64,000 nucleotides of DNA. It comes from Tubiluchus corallicola (lineage: Eukaryota > Animalia > Priapulida). Of the stretch, positions 35,262-49,689 are shown in pieces (positions within the stretch are counted from its first letter, which is position 1; each line of letters opens with the position of its first letter). The notes under the pieces were generated by a model that was not told the DNA's origin, made no database searches, and saw only the letters and a list, made by a program, of their open reading frames with translations. Location of the stretch: the NCBI GenBank assembly GCA_030141605.1, contig JAQGDQ010001025.1, positions 1-64,000 of the forward strand. Reading direction: 5' to 3'. A program made the translations under genes and the position numbers.

Positions 35262-37199
35262 TTAAGTAAAAATGTTCTTCCTAAGATCTAATTAGATGAA
35301 CTTCTATTGTGTTCTTCTTTGAGCCTAGTTCATTATCAAGTTAAGCTAAACTTTATGTCAAACTTGACAGCAAAGACTGATCATTGAAAAAGACAAAAAA
35401 CAAATGCGTAAACGACTAATCATTTCGTGAATGAGAACAAATGCATCCTGATTTTTATCCTAATTGTTACAGATTTAAAAAATATTTTATTTATTTGCAT
35501 TGCACTTAACCTTGTGACTTTTTCAGTCGCTGTCTTATTTATGTTTTGCCAAGACTAGGTTTTCTTGTTCATAAAAATAAGGCTAACTCAATTGAACGCT
35601 TCAGGCATTATTGTAATCATGAAGCATTATGTCCTCAACATTATGACAACATATTCAGACAATACGAAGTTAATCAACTTCCATACTGTTGACAGTGTCA
35701 CACTGATAACATGTCTGATTTTCGTTTCTAGGTAGAAGACGGATGGATGAATATTTTTTGCTGTTTTCTGGAGACATTGTTCAATTATTGCTACACAAGT
35801 TGCACCAAGGAACACTTCTGTGCGATGCACGTGGTGGCATAGCAGCAAGAATGTGGTTGTATCACATGGAAAATGTTACCTATTTAGACGACAATGAGAG
35901 CATTCTTATGACTTACTACAGTCATCTGAGGTACCGAGGTCCTGCCATGTGCGACAAAATCATAGTGGTGCACCACGTGTATCCACCAGAACCAATGAGA
36001 CTTTGGGACTTGGTAAAAGATTCACCACTTCGCACTAACAACACTAACAGCTTTTTTCAAAGTTGCCCACTAGGAGATGGAAAACCTGACTACGATTCTT
36101 TTATACTGTCACAATGAAACCCATAAAATACGAGCTTTTTACCCGGGATATCAAGCAAGGTTTTTCAAAAAACTTGCTAATAGCTCAGAAACATTGTAAC
36201 ATTGTCAGGCAATAATACTTGACCATCACCATGGATAATTTTACTTTGCATATTTTACCATATTTAACAGTTTTGCATCGTACAGTTGAAGGCTCACTCT
36301 ATGACAATCATTGTTGGTTGGTAAAAAACAATTTTCTGTCTTGCATTCTTAGACTGTTATCGTATCAGTTATTCATGTTAATCAGAACCTATTTTTTGCC
36401 TTGTGACTTTCAGTCAGCAAAAATGGTCGATGGAAACTGTGACAACTCTTTGGTTATAGGTAAGTTCTCGCTGCTCTCACCTTTTGTGGTGCTCTACCTT
36501 GCAAACCACACAAAACTTTTTCAGTTCTGACTTACAATAATCGAGATTTGAAAGTAGAGCTATCTGTTTCTAAGCTGTTTTGATTGACGATTATCGCTTT
36601 TTAACACTTTTTACACCTATAAGACCTAAAATCGCACAAGAAGTTTTACAGGGCAACCAAATTATTATAAAATTTTAATAATACACTAGCAAAGGCCCCG
36701 CAAAAAAAGTTGCGTATAAATACCCTTATAATCAATAATGCGTGAACATCCTACATAGTCCTCATTTATAAAGCAAAGCCACTAGCAGCTTTTACTGAAT
36801 TAGAGTTATAAGGTTATAAGCAGAGTATATTTGATGACGTCAGAACAATGACTTTGCGTCAGCAGTCTTCCAAGCGAAAATTGTCAAAAATGCAACATCC
36901 AATTAACTCTTCGTCACTCCCCAGGAAGGAAGCGTCCTAAAATGCAGCCCATATCAACGTCTAGTCCTGTTTATCCTCTTTCAAAAGAGTTGTATATCTT
37001 CTTCCGAGAGTTCCACCAGGCACCGCTTCCAAAATTTCGAAAAAATCGGGAGTTGGGTCCGGGAAAACGCCCGTTGCGTTGTGCCATCACCCTCCTGAAA
37101 TAAGAGGTATAAGTTTTGCAAAAAACGGCCATTTTTGGAGGTTTTTTGCCACCCGTTTGCCCCGGTGGGCCCGATTCGAAAAATAAACCCCAATGAGAC

Positions 37200-38725
37200 T
37201 GTTATGAATAAATTTCGGAATCATGAATTAAGTGATTAATTAATGGAGCTATCAACTTCATTAGATTATGTTGATAAAGAGACCTCCTAATTGGATTAGA
37301 TAAATTTATTAAAAGAATATGGGAACTCACTTAGCTGATAAAGCATATATTTAATGCGAGGCAAGAGATTATCGTCACAAGAGTTTGTGTTTACAAGGAA
37401 TAGAACAGGTGTTCATTTAGAGAGTAAAAGTTTGTCACAGGTGTTTGAGTTTAGGAGAAGCGAAGCTGATTTTTATAACATTGCGTGGTTAGATAATAAA
37501 ACTCATGTTATATTATGCGGAGTTGCTGAACTAATTGTGAAGAAGCAGAAAGTGGTTCTTTTCTTGAACAGAGTTTATTGCCCAAGCGAAGCAAAGAGAA
37601 AAGGATGGAGAGTCAGACAGCGGTTTTCTCATGCAAGGAGCTGTGTTAGAAAAACACCTGGGTGGTTATAAAACTTACAAGCCCAGGGTGACCTTTGAAC
37701 TATTGCGGCAATACGGCGTTACCGCTAAAGCGGACGCGGTTGCGAGAGATTGCAGCGTTAGCACGCAATGTGATGAAATCTCCGCGTGGATATATAAGAC
37801 GATTGTCTTGAGGAACGGGGAGGCTGCGAGTGAGTTGGAACTGAGTGGTTGTGGGTTAACCACGTGCCGAGAGAGAGGCTGAGGAAGCAAGAGACGTAAG
37901 ACGTGGACATCGAATCTGCGTACTCAACTGTTGCGCACTGGATCTACGATAGTCTTGCAACGGATTTGGAATTGACCAATTGAACAGTCGTCATTGGTCA
38001 TTCCACCAAGTTAAGTTATCTTAACATATCGTAACTTGAGAGCAACTCTGCATAGTAAATTCACAGTGTAATAGACACCTTAAGTGTAACGTGTAGTTGA
38101 CTGTAATTGTATACTTCACATTGTAATCAGCAACTTAAGTGCGAAGCAAGGAAATAGTTAAGTGAAGCTGATTAGTGTCTCTTGGAGCTAATTATTAATT
38201 GTGAGCGTCTTTGGCGATTAAGATCAAACATTGTAATATTAGTTGACTAAGAGTAATTGTTGTAAACAATAAACGGATTTCGCTTTAACTTAAATGAATA
38301 GTTTGAGTATGCTTATAGGTGTTTCAGTTAAGCAACATTAAATCCTGTAAACGAATCTGAAGATTTGCTGTGTACATTAAGTAATTTACGAGTTCAATTG
38401 CGGGAACTTTTGCTAGTAAGCTTTAGAGATTAAGACTCTTATCACAACGCGGAGTCATAGAAACAGTCTTGTGGGAAGATATCATAGGTCTATAGACTTT
38501 ATCTTAAGCTCTAGGAGCCAGGTTGTGAATAACCTTATAGCAATTAGTGTAATAGAGGCAAATCACTCTTTAAATGAGTCGTGTGTCTTAGGTCACGTGT
38601 TATACGATCACGAGCGAGAGATAAGAATCAATATTAATTAGAGAGATTAATATAACATGATAATTGGTACTAGTGACCATAGTATTAAAGACACCACCAT
38701 AACTGGTGAGCCGTGACCAAGATAA
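37200..38725 (+). mobile_element. Long (~1.5 kb) LTR, gypsy-like, with a possible PBS near 38704
   Basis: Begins TGTTATGAATAAATTT, homologous to the LTR at 60449-61853 (minus). TGGTGAGCCGTGACCAAGAT resembles a tRNA-His PBS. The 3' end is uncertain. Confidence 0.6.
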
Positions 38726-39859
38726 ACACCATAAGACCACACAGATCGAGACCTTTCGTTTGATATATAGATCGCCGCAAATGGCGCCGTCGTCGAAACT
38801 GTAGCCTCGAATCTTATATATTAAGCCCATACCAGAAACAAGGCATAGAAACCAACAGGGCATTGTGCAAAAGAGACGGCAACCGAGCACACTCAAAGGT
38901 GTCAAAATGAATTTACTTCTCACTTCTGCAGTTTCTTTTTTCATTCTCTTTCTTCTTCTATACTTACACTTCACGTTACATTAAATGATACGTTTGAAAA
39001 CAATTACATATCGTATATACTAGAGCTATATTCTAATATGAAATGCTCTAACCCTTTTTAAACTTGAAAACAGCACATTCATTTTCAATATTGTCAGGCA
39101 GATGATTCCTAAAATTTAACAAAATGCTGAGCAACATTCCTGAGTACGAACATAACCTAAATAAGGATATTTGTAACATGTATTGTAATGCTTCACATTC
39201 GATTTATCAGATTCAGAAGAAAGCCATTCAGTTCAATCTGTTCCTGTCGTTTCACTCAAGGTTACAGGTTGTGCAAGATTTACAAGGGGATTCACATTAA
39301 AGTTTACGTTGATAGAATCATGGTAGGTTCTCAATTAATTGAGCAATAGCTTGATGCAGCAAATTGTTCTGTATAACTACTCTTGTTTTTGCACCCCTAG
39401 CAAAAGATCTTGTTACACCCTGTATATACTTACAAAGCGTTCAGACTAGGAAGTTTTCTGTCTTACAGCAAACCCTCAAGTGTGAACTGCCTTGCGAGTT
39501 ACTGTCGACAAGAAATTGCAAATTCTCTGATTATTCTTACAAACACGGGGAAGTAGGAAACCTCTTTAAAGGCAGAAACTTTTCGTTTAATCAAAAGCAA
39601 AAAAAAACAAAAAAAAAACAATGAATATCAGAAAAAACGCATCTAGTGGTAGGCTACAAAACTATTTTTTAAAGAAATATAATGATAACAGGAAAGAACA
39701 AGTTAAGATTTTACAGAAACACAACATACAAATACCATATGTGCCACACTTTCGGACTATAATAAACAACACAGAGGTAAAACATAACAAAAAAAAATTG
39801 CATAAACGATCATGACCTACAAATTGAAAAAGGCAGAATATATATATCAACAAGAAAAT

Positions 39860-40332
39860 TAAAGACGCTGTTCCTTCTCTATTAGAAATACAAAACGTGC
39901 AAAACCCGATAGAGGATGAACAACACTTCGTATCTGAATGCCCTTGCTACATATAAAGAAATCAGACAATATGAAAATCGTTTTATAATTTTAGTTTTTT
40001 TGCAGTTCAGTCTTTTCCATACTTTTTAACTCCAATAATAAGTCTTAATTTAACTATTTTGGTGTCTTTATCTGTGAGTGCATCATGCCCCATAGGCCAT
40101 ACCAAACAATAACGAGGAATGCTGGCGGGACATAATATTATTTTGTATAATGTAAATAATAGATTTTTCATGTTATCAAGCCTAGTTAATTAGTAATTAA
40201 ACTTTTTTGTATGTATACATAGCTTTTTCGTGTAATACGTGTAGTTATAGTTAAGTCACAGCCAATTTTGCCACTGTGTGTACTTTTCACTTATTTGAGC
40301 AAATAAAACTGAATTGAAATCGAATTGAATTG
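39860..40332 (+). mobile_element. LINE 3' end
   Basis: IEDEQHFVSECPCY zinc-knuckle remnant; AATAAA followed by a (TGAAT)n-like tail. Confidence 0.6.
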
Positions 40333-41780
40333 ATACTTACTGAATACACTTGGGAGTTTCTTGGCGAGAAAACTTCCTAATCTGAACGCATTGTTAATCT
40401 CCAAGAACTATCAGTAACGCTTTTTGTTGGCGTAGCACCGAATATATAAGTCTGGCGCCATCTCTCGGCTGATAAAATATGTGCCGGCCAAAAATCTCAA
40501 CATTGAAACTTTGGAGTCGCCGCGGCAGAGATAGACGTATAGCACGATGCGTTCATGCGCTTGCAGAATTCGCACTTAATATGCGGAATACGGATAATGA
40601 ATTATTGGGGATATGTGGATGCGGATCTTTAATGCGTAAATCGCGCATTTTACGCGAAACTGCAGCATGAAAAAGCCACTTGTGTAAGGTAAATTTTCAA
40701 GTGTTTGCACAAAAAGTTTGCCCAATTGCAGTTCGTTAAGCATTCCCTTGCTTGGACATTAAAAGACTTGTTGCCCCATTAACTGCCTTTAATCACTAGT
40801 TTAATTTAAGATGTTCATATCACTTCTTGCTTTTTTATTTTACCTGAAAATTCCTAGACTCAAACAGTGCTTATAATTATAAGTAATTATTGTAATTTTT
40901 ACTCGAGCCTATTATGGTTTGTGGTGTGATGGGCATGATATGGTTGAGTGATGTACTATGTACATCGTGCGGTGTGAGTTGTCGTTGACGGCTTACAAGC
41001 ACAATTGGGGTCTGGCTAGCAATTTATTATTGACTCGCGATTATAACTGCTACCTTCATACAAAACTGTTATAGGGCACACATGGCAAGCTTAGTTGTTG
41101 CCTATATATTTGCGTAATGCGATGCGAGAATAGTCAAATAACACTCAATTTGCGGATTATTTACAGTTTCGGATTTTGCGTTTGCGGATAAACAAGAAAG
41201 TGATACCTGCCTTTTCTGGCCGCGGCTCCAGCGCATGTGCTCGTCCAGCACTGAGCATACACAGATAAGTTGATGGTTGGAACTAAGTTTTTTATTAAAG
41301 CTCTTTAAATCTTGATTCCTGAAGAAAAGTGTTATAAACTCGCGAAATAGCTTTAAAAGAAAAATGAAATTTTCTTTCAAAAGCATTGATAATTTTGTGT
41401 GCTCGCACTATGAGAAGTTGATAGAAGACGCTAGACCTATACATTATGGAACGGCCGGCTTTGGGGGCAAGTAAGTGACTATGTGTTCTCCTTGTATTAT
41501 CTGAAAAATTATACCAGGCATTATATATATATATATAGCCCAATTACAATATTGAGGTTCTCTATAATATATTCAAAAATAAAATATTGCGGTTTATAGG
41601 TGCATTAAACTGTCACAGGTTGCCATTGATTTTTTTCTTTGGGATGAAACACCGTTGTATCCCATAAAATGGCATAAATGTAATTATGCATTACTTTTCT
41701 AAGTTTGGTGACAATTGTTGGAGGCAGTCAAAATTCCATCAGACAAAAGATCTCCTGTTAAAGGATCACCAATCAAAGGT

Positions 41781-43835
41781 CTACCACAGTTGACCCAATT
41801 TACCATTTTTGTATGAAGGTTTGCCTGTTGGTTTTTCAGTAGGTGTGGGCACTGAATTCTTATCCTTTTGAATTGCGTCAGTGTCTTCAACATACCACTC
41901 CATGGTTCTGATCAAATAATTTAGTTTCCACCTTGAACCATGGGTCATACCAGAGCACATTCTACGTAATTCATTGTTTATGTTAGCTGTAAGATGCCTG
42001 GTAATCTGTCTGACTAAGTAATGCTCTTCCTCATACCCCAACATGGCCAAAGTTCTCAATATTGACTCAATTTTGTCGAGAAACTTTCGAAGGGATGTAG
42101 CATTTGGTGCAACTGTATCTAAATTTTCAAGCAAGTCTAGGTTTCTCTCTATCAAATCATCTTTCTTTAAAAATCGCTTTACCAAATGATTGACTGCCTG
42201 CTGATAACTTTCGGGTATGGCTGGGTAGGATTTCACAATTTCTAGCGGAACACCCTTTAAAGACATTTTTAGGTAATTCAATTTTTTCATTTCTTTGTGG
42301 TGTTTTTGTCTTGTTTGAAACCCACCTAACCTTTGCTACAATAAATAATGCCTTCGATGGGAGCGGACATGTTTGTTTACAAAAACTAACTATGCAACCC
42401 GCCGATAGAGGGCGCGCAACAAGAAAATCACGCCAATTGAGAGACGTTGGGATTCTCGATAAACAAATTAATTTACCGAAGATTATTTTTAGTAGAGCTT
42501 AAACAATTGTTACTATTTGTTAGCTGCAAAATCATTAGAAGAAAGTAGATGACAAAATAAACTGTAAAATAAGCAATTTAGTAGCTTATTAAGAAGATGC
42601 CAATGAAAATAAGTAGCAGTTGCTCAAAACCCTCATTTCACATGCAGTATGGTATCACTTGGCAACGCGCATACGCCGAGCATCGCGTTTGTGTATAAAG
42701 CAAGTGTTTTAGCGGAGTTCCATGCATTCACTGCCTTGCTGAGACAAAAGCAGAGAAAACAAAAACCTGAAGTAAAGGTGAGAAATTAAAACTCAAACTT
42801 CCAAGTTGAAGGATGAAATAACTCAAATTGCCACAGTCACATGAACTTGTGACTGAATTAAGGCAAAGATGTACAAATATTTATTTGACAAATCAAACAG
42901 CCCACTTCATTCTGAAATAGAATGATGCAACCTTAAATTAGCAATGCGTCATTTTCAACACTCAAATTGAAGTTTGCTCTGAATAATAAAGTTGAACCCA
43001 TGAACTTATATTGAAATGTTTACTCCTACTATCATTTTATTGTATCTGATTTATGATTAGAAAATAAACTGGTTAAACTTAATTTTTTTGTTTGCATTTT
43101 CTTCCACATGTTCAGTGTAATCCAATTTGGTACACATATGCAGAAATGGACCCAAACTTCACACCTACACTATTATTTTAGTGAGGTTAATGTACTGTGG
43201 TGCACACAATTCATTCCCCTAGACAACAAAAATATTGATGATGCCAAACAGTGCAAACCACATTAAATCTTTCAGATCAGCACGTGTGTGAATCTCATCA
43301 TGAAAAATTGACCAGAAACCCTGAAAATCATCACCATCGCCCGAAAAAGTGGGTATTTGAAACTTGGGTAATCTCGAATTTCTAAAGTAGGCATCAGAAT
43401 CACTATCATTAGATGCCTGCGAAGCATGACATGCTTGTACTGGGGAAGCATACATACTTGCTAAACGGGAATGTGTCACTTTAGAAGTTTGAGCAATGAC
43501 AGACTCATGCAATGTATTTTCCATAACACCGTGTTTAGGTTTTGTTTAGAGTCTGCCATGTGACGATCACGTGATTCAAGATGTTCAAGACGTGATGCGA
43601 TCGAATCCATGGTTTGCATCATTGTATTGAAAACTGATGAAGGGGGATAATTCTGATCATCGTTAGCATTATAAAAATTACTGCAATATTCCTTAGTACC
43701 TGCCTGTCCAGCAAAGGCAGCATTGCCTGCATTTTTGATTTTTGAAGCAAACACCACAGAAGCTTTTGAAGTACTTGCTAGTTGATGTACAGGCTCTAGG
43801 GCAGATATAATCAAATTCTGTTGATTAAAGGGCAA
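41781..43835 (-). mobile_element. BEL/Pao gag (DUF1759-like) relic split by a ~970-bp insertion (~42296-43262)
   Basis: RLPKFQIPTFSGD..DFQGFWSIFHDEIH..ADL continues as KLNYLKMSLKG..LEIV..Y....ESYQQAV..LVKRF. Frameshifted. Confidence 0.85.
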
Positions 43836-46441
43836 GAAAACGTTATATACATGTGAGTTGCAAACAATTCACACTGAAAAGTTATATCACGTAGCGTCAA
43901 TCTAATAGGTATATAATACTCACTTGCAGAGAGATACCGCTTACTTTTCAGTTTGAATGGGCTCGCTCAACCGCCTATTCTTCGCCATTAGGTGACGTAA
44001 TCGACTCGCACTAGTTATCTTCGAAAAGCGCAGTAATTGCGGCAGATTTGAAGATACTGCATATTGCACGACAACGCATGATTTATTGGTTCAGTGTTGT
44101 ATCAATTTTTTCATTGCGCCAGCTTTTGATAACTTTATTATAGATTGATCCGACGAAGAAGAAATCGTAATAGCGCAGCAAAATATATGATTGGAGTGGG
44201 ACTAAAAGGATTTCAGTTTCAACCGAAGAAGAAAACAGAAGCAAGTACAGAAAAGTCGGAAGAGTCGCCGGAATCAAGCAGTGACAGCAGTTGTGTTGAG
44301 GTCAGTCTAAGCCACTTCGTTTTGCACTTTAGGTATTAATTATAAAAAAAATGATTTGCTTCTAATAATTATGTAAGTACTGTGTGCTAATTATATTTAG
44401 GCTGCTTTGTAACCTCGCTGGCTCCCTTTTTTGTTTGTGGCAGCAGTAGCTATTAAAATTGCTTATCTAATATCCAGATTAATATTTAAATTGCTGGTAC
44501 TGCTGTGTTTAATAACAGAATAGTAGAGGGAAATCAGGAAACTATCGCTTGTGCTAAGAACTCCATTTGTAATGATATTATTATTATGGTTCTCTACAAG
44601 AAAAATCCAACTTTGAACTTGTCCTCATTGTTTTATATATTTCCTGGTTTTTGGTCGGTTTGAATTATGGCATTTCCAAATAAGGTAGTTAAAACTGTGT
44701 GTCTTTTATATAACAAGTAAGTTGAAGTAACCCTTAGAGGGTCAAATATATTCTTCGAAACTCAACTTTTTCTCTTATTGACTTTGTACCATGAAGTTTT
44801 ATATGACATATTTATATTATACGTATGATAATTAGAGCATAATTTACTATAAGCCTTGTAGGCAAACAGTAGCTATCAAATTACTACAAAACATGGAAAC
44901 ACAAACATTTCCAAGAATTTAATGTGTAGCTAATTTAAATGCAAAACAGTAGTTAACTGGCTTACTAATTTCAGAGTTTTTTATCTTTTTTTAGGATATC
45001 ACTGCTGAGCCAAGTCGGTTAGACAATTTGGACTGGTGCTCTTGTACAAAATGTAATACAAATACAATCACTCAAGAAAGAGAATGTATTTGTTGCGGTG
45101 AAAAGGCTTCATTAAAAGATCTCATTGTTCAAGACATCGAAGGTTCGGTATAGAATTATGTTACCAAAATAAAATATATAAATAATATATAATAAAACAA
45201 AGTTATGCTTACTCATCAATGGAAGTTATTGCTGTTTACGATAATGGGCCTGCATGGTGATTATACAAACTAAAGTGTATGTAAAAATCAATTTTCCTTA
45301 GGAGTACTTATTTAGAAATGATTAACAGATGCCAAATTTATGAAGGTCAATAAAACTATCATTTCGTGAAATTTTAAAAGAATATATCCATATATTGTCA
45401 AGCACTGTTCAAAATTGAAAATGTAATCTACGTTAGTTTTACCATTTTTACATTTTGAAATTGAATACTTATATAAACTGATTTCACTAATCAAATCATA
45501 TAATCATTTTACATAGGTACAAACTGCATTACATATAACCAAGAATTTGGAATACTGTGTCTCAACAAACCAGTTCTGAGAAATGTTCTTATTTGCTTGA
45601 ACAATGTTTGGAGAGACGCTTGGCCAGTTGACCCTCCATTAAACATGTAAGCATATGATCATAGCCAATTAAGTCCTTCTAACTAATATTTTACTTATAC
45701 AATAACTTTATGTTATTCTTCATATATATATACATATACAACAATACACAATTGGAATAAAGACTTTTTCATTCAACACCTAGTCCTACTAATGCAGATG
45801 CTTTTACATGCATGGTTGTAACTAGACCATGAACCGTTATCAAAGAGGAACCCTTTAACATGTGACACTAATTTAGTGGACTATATCATAGTTATTTCAG
45901 TCCACATTCAGATATGTATATACCTATGTTATTTGTTTAAGTGAAAAAAGGAATTGCCACAGTAAAAAAGTTAAAACAACCAAAAATGGATTTCCATGTG
46001 ACGGCCATTGCTTTAATTAGATCAGTTTGGATTTTCGTAATTTAGGTATCTAATCTCTTACTGTAGTGACAACTGCATCATAGCACTTAACAACAATTAT
46101 GCTAAAAACTGTAAAAAATTCTATAGTTTACTTATTTATATGTCAAATGTGGGCTTATTTCATTGCTTTATAAAACCTTTACCATATTGATCTGTTTTTA
46201 GAAAGGTAATTAATAACTTTGCAATATATAAATTCTACTAAATGTAGTAAAGACAATGCATCTTTGATTTGAAACATACATTATGTCAATATACTTACTA
46301 CTGATTTAACCAAAGAATGCTATCACATTGCCATAATTGTGATTGCTTTTGCAGTTGGGCTAGCTAAAAGATACTGAAATCTGAAAGTAACTAAAAAAAC
46401 TGAATACACTATAAATATATTACTGTCATTTTCAGACATAG

Positions 46442-49422
46442 TTAGGCATTTCAAACTCAACATGCAACTGGTGTTGAACAAACAGTCATAAAGTTAGCAA
46501 TATGATATTTAACAGTAGAAAATTTGCATCCTTTCTCAATACTGTCTCTAGATCAACTGAAACTTGCATGCCTGAGAGAATAGAGCTGTAATCACATGAC
46601 CAGAGATTCAAGTTCCTATTGGAAGGTATATCACATTCATGCATACAGACCATAAATGAAAAGGTCACCTATACTCTACAGACTACTAGTTGAACCAAAT
46701 CAGTCTACTTGGCTTCTTGATAGCAGATTAACGATTATTGGTTTACAGAAAGCTGTTATAATTTTTCTCTATTTAAACTTGAATAAGAGGGAGAACCAGA
46801 ATTAAAGCATGAAATTAACAACCCAATTACTCTGATTAATGACTATCTATCAAAGCAAAAGGAAAAATGTTTAGAAACAAAAATCAATTTCTGACAAACT
46901 TTGTACAATTAGAGTAAAACAACGACTGTAGATGGCAGCATAGACTAATTCAGTACTTTAGTGTAGCAGACTGACAATTAAATGGGTCACATAATACTAC
47001 AATCGCGTACTCAGTACAATAAGCGACATTCTTGAATCTTATAAAAAAGCAGTCAAAACACTCATGAGATACAATCAATTTTACACACTCAACTAACTTA
47101 TATATCCAAGCAGGGCAACCTAACAGCAAAACTACCTATTCGTGCATATCAAAAGGCATTGTGCATGAACAGTTCACACATCCCTTTTTACACAATTTAC
47201 ATATGCAACTTGCAGAACAGTTTAATCAAAGAGGGGTGGACAGCAATAGGCAAGGTCAACCATATGTAACAGTTGGAGTATGTATTAGTTCTTAAAGCAC
47301 AAGAAAACCCTTCATAATCATTAAGCTTAAAAAATTCTTCATGAAATTTTATATCACTTACATACTGCCCTTTTACATACAGGACTAGAATCAGCAGTCA
47401 CGCTGTATCAAACAGGTAAATTTAAACTCCCACGATGACCGTTAAATGCAGCCATTTTGATGATAAGTCGTTTGAAACAAATTTAGATAACGCTGAGTGA
47501 AGTTTGAAAAAATAATCAGAGAATTCGTAGCACACATATCACTAACTAAGTAAAATTCTTGTCAGTAAGATTAAAAATACGTTTTTGGTTAGTGAGTGGT
47601 GCACCCTGGAGGGTGAGTCAGTGACGTTCCACCAATTCGCACGCACATTTTAAATGATTATTTCCAATTACATAAGTCCTTCCAGCTGTTAAGCGAAATG
47701 CTAAGTTAAATTAATTTTCATGAAAATTTTCTTGGGAGATAATTTAACTTTTACTTGATTTGGGTATTCTTCCCTTAATTTACGTTTGCGTATATGACGT
47801 CATGTAATGGCGCCGTCGGAACAGTATTGCGGGAGATTTAAAATGAAAACAAACAAAAAATCCTTTCAACGCGAGTACGATGTAAGCATGAAATTGCTGT
47901 AAAGTAATGTAATTTTTTAAGGCAATTTTTCTGAAACCTACTTCAGGTACCCCTTTTTCCTGTCCTTTAACGCTGCATCGTTGTGGCTGATAAATTTCGC
48001 TAGCTTGCACAAGACAGTTCATTCACATACTACAGAACAACATAACGACAACATAACTGAGTCAAAGCCCACACTTTAAATTTTCCAGCTAGATGGAGCC
48101 ACCTTGGCTAGACTGGCTTTTACAGAGGAACCGCTATACGGGAGTAAATGGAGGTGTTGTTGTTGTAGATTGTTCAGATGTCCGAGAAGGAAAATAATAA
48201 GAAGAAACAGAGTAGTAAGTTTTGCTTTCGTCTTGTCTGTCTTTTCTTACCAGGTCAACAAGCTTATTAGCAGAGGGTATAACAAGTTCGTGTTTGATCT
48301 TGTCCTATCCTGGTCTAGCTTATCTTCTACCTTAAATTAATTAACATTACACTACCAATGGCAATTAAACCTCACAATTCAGTATTGTTATCGTTATCAT
48401 TGGATTAATAATAATTTATTGTCGATTTTCTTGTCATTATTATTAATTCTTAGCTGACCAAGGGGTTTTATATTACACTAAAAACCAAACAGAGTAATAA
48501 GTTACCCCAGGACAGGTAGTATCTGGTACTCGTGCTTTGTGAAAAATCTTTCGTTGAGGCATCAATATAAAAAATGTGAGCAAATGCTCCTGGGGTAATT
48601 TTTACTCCACCTTGGTCGGTTATCGGTTAAGTCGTTTACAAACTTTCATTGTAATTTTTGATCAGGATGTATGTTCGAGTTGTAATTTGTTGGAAAGGAC
48701 GGAAGAGCATGGATGGAAGGACGGGAGATGACATGGAAAGGAATGAATGGAAGGCAGTGAGTAGTTCTTTCAGATAAATTTTATAAATAAAAAACACCAA
48801 ACTGTTCAGACATTTGTTCATTTTGTTGCTGTCTTTGTTTTCCATCGCTGGGTCCTCGGTAAATCAAGTAATTCCCATGACGTCTTTGCAGATGATTGTC
48901 AGTTTTATCAAGGACCTTGGATATATTTAATCGTAGCCAGCATATCGAATTATGCAAGATTACTGTAGCTTTTCTAGAAACGGCTTTTCAAACTAAGAAT
49001 CAATTCATTATTTATATAAAATCTAGATAGAATTCCGTAAAAAGTTATTAATACTACTTCGCGTAACACTGTTGTGAAAATTTTTATTTTTAATACTCGT
49101 ATGAATTAAAGTCAACCAACCCACAATATAATGTAAGCGTTTGCAACATAAAATCCTACTCTCAGCAGGAATATTCAATTCATTTTATTGTAAACTTACT
49201 GCAAAACTTGTTTCTTTTGATTTCTTATAATTTCCTTCTTAGCGGTATTTTCTCGAGACGTCATTGTTACTGGGCGTACTTCTTTACACGTGAGTATAGT
49301 ATGTAACCTTCAATAACCCTTAATCATTCATGGCTAAGATATTCTTGGATTAAATAAGGTATTAGTTATGTCATTCTCGCAAAAGATACACATACGAAAC
49401 ATGGTGATGTACACATACGAAA
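46442..49422 (+). repeat. Segmental duplicate of 58754-63200
   Basis: Colinear and roughly 90-95% identical, apart from copy-specific insertions and the exon interiors. Confidence 0.95.
48446..48626. mobile_element. Small TTAA-flanked palindromic MITE (longer copy ~62322-62580)
   Basis: TAGCTGACCAAGG..TTACCCCAGG / CCTGGGGTAA..CCTTGGTCGGTTA. Confidence 0.6.
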
Positions 49423-49597
49423 TTCGTCCAAAATGTTTTTTAATTCATATGATAATCTGCTAATTTAATACAAAATGAACGACAAATTCTTTCTGTAATC
49501 ATAATAATACGGTAAAAAACTTCAATATCTGATGGGGTTATATTTGTTTTTTACGCTCGAGTCACAATATTTCTTTGTTTGGGGATTTTGTTTCCTG

Positions 49598-49688
49598 CGA
49601 GCTTCGTAACCCTCTAGCCCTGTGCTTCGTGACCCTCTGGCCCTGTACTTCGTGACCCTCTGGCTCAGTGCTTCATAACCCTCTAGCA
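49598..49688. repeat. 23-bp tandem repeat (CTTCGTGACCCTCTGGCCCTGTG) x4
   Basis: Visible tandem units. Confidence 0.85.
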
Positions 49689-49689
49689 T

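Larger units (their letters stand above)
33218..36117 (+). pseudogene. GT31 beta-1,3-galactosyltransferase-like gene, apparently disrupted (segments 33218-~33445, 33830-34724, 35732-36117)
   Basis: N-terminal signal anchor (KALLFYVLLLIIAAYVLLY); LLFVGIM..P..VDRRDAVRSTW; LVEESKLNDDII; YDFKYFLRIDDDAFLC (DxD); phase-1 intron 34725-35731. In-frame stops before the LTR insert and within the 158-bp duplications. Confidence 0.8.

Noticed and set aside
48845-48930. Intronic hairpin ending ATATTT as an H/ACA snoRNA (snoRNA-host explanation for the conserved introns)
   Set aside because: No clear H box or second hairpin; conservation covers the whole intron including MITEs; the exons show protein-level constraint. 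An Infernal/Rfam scan would settle it.
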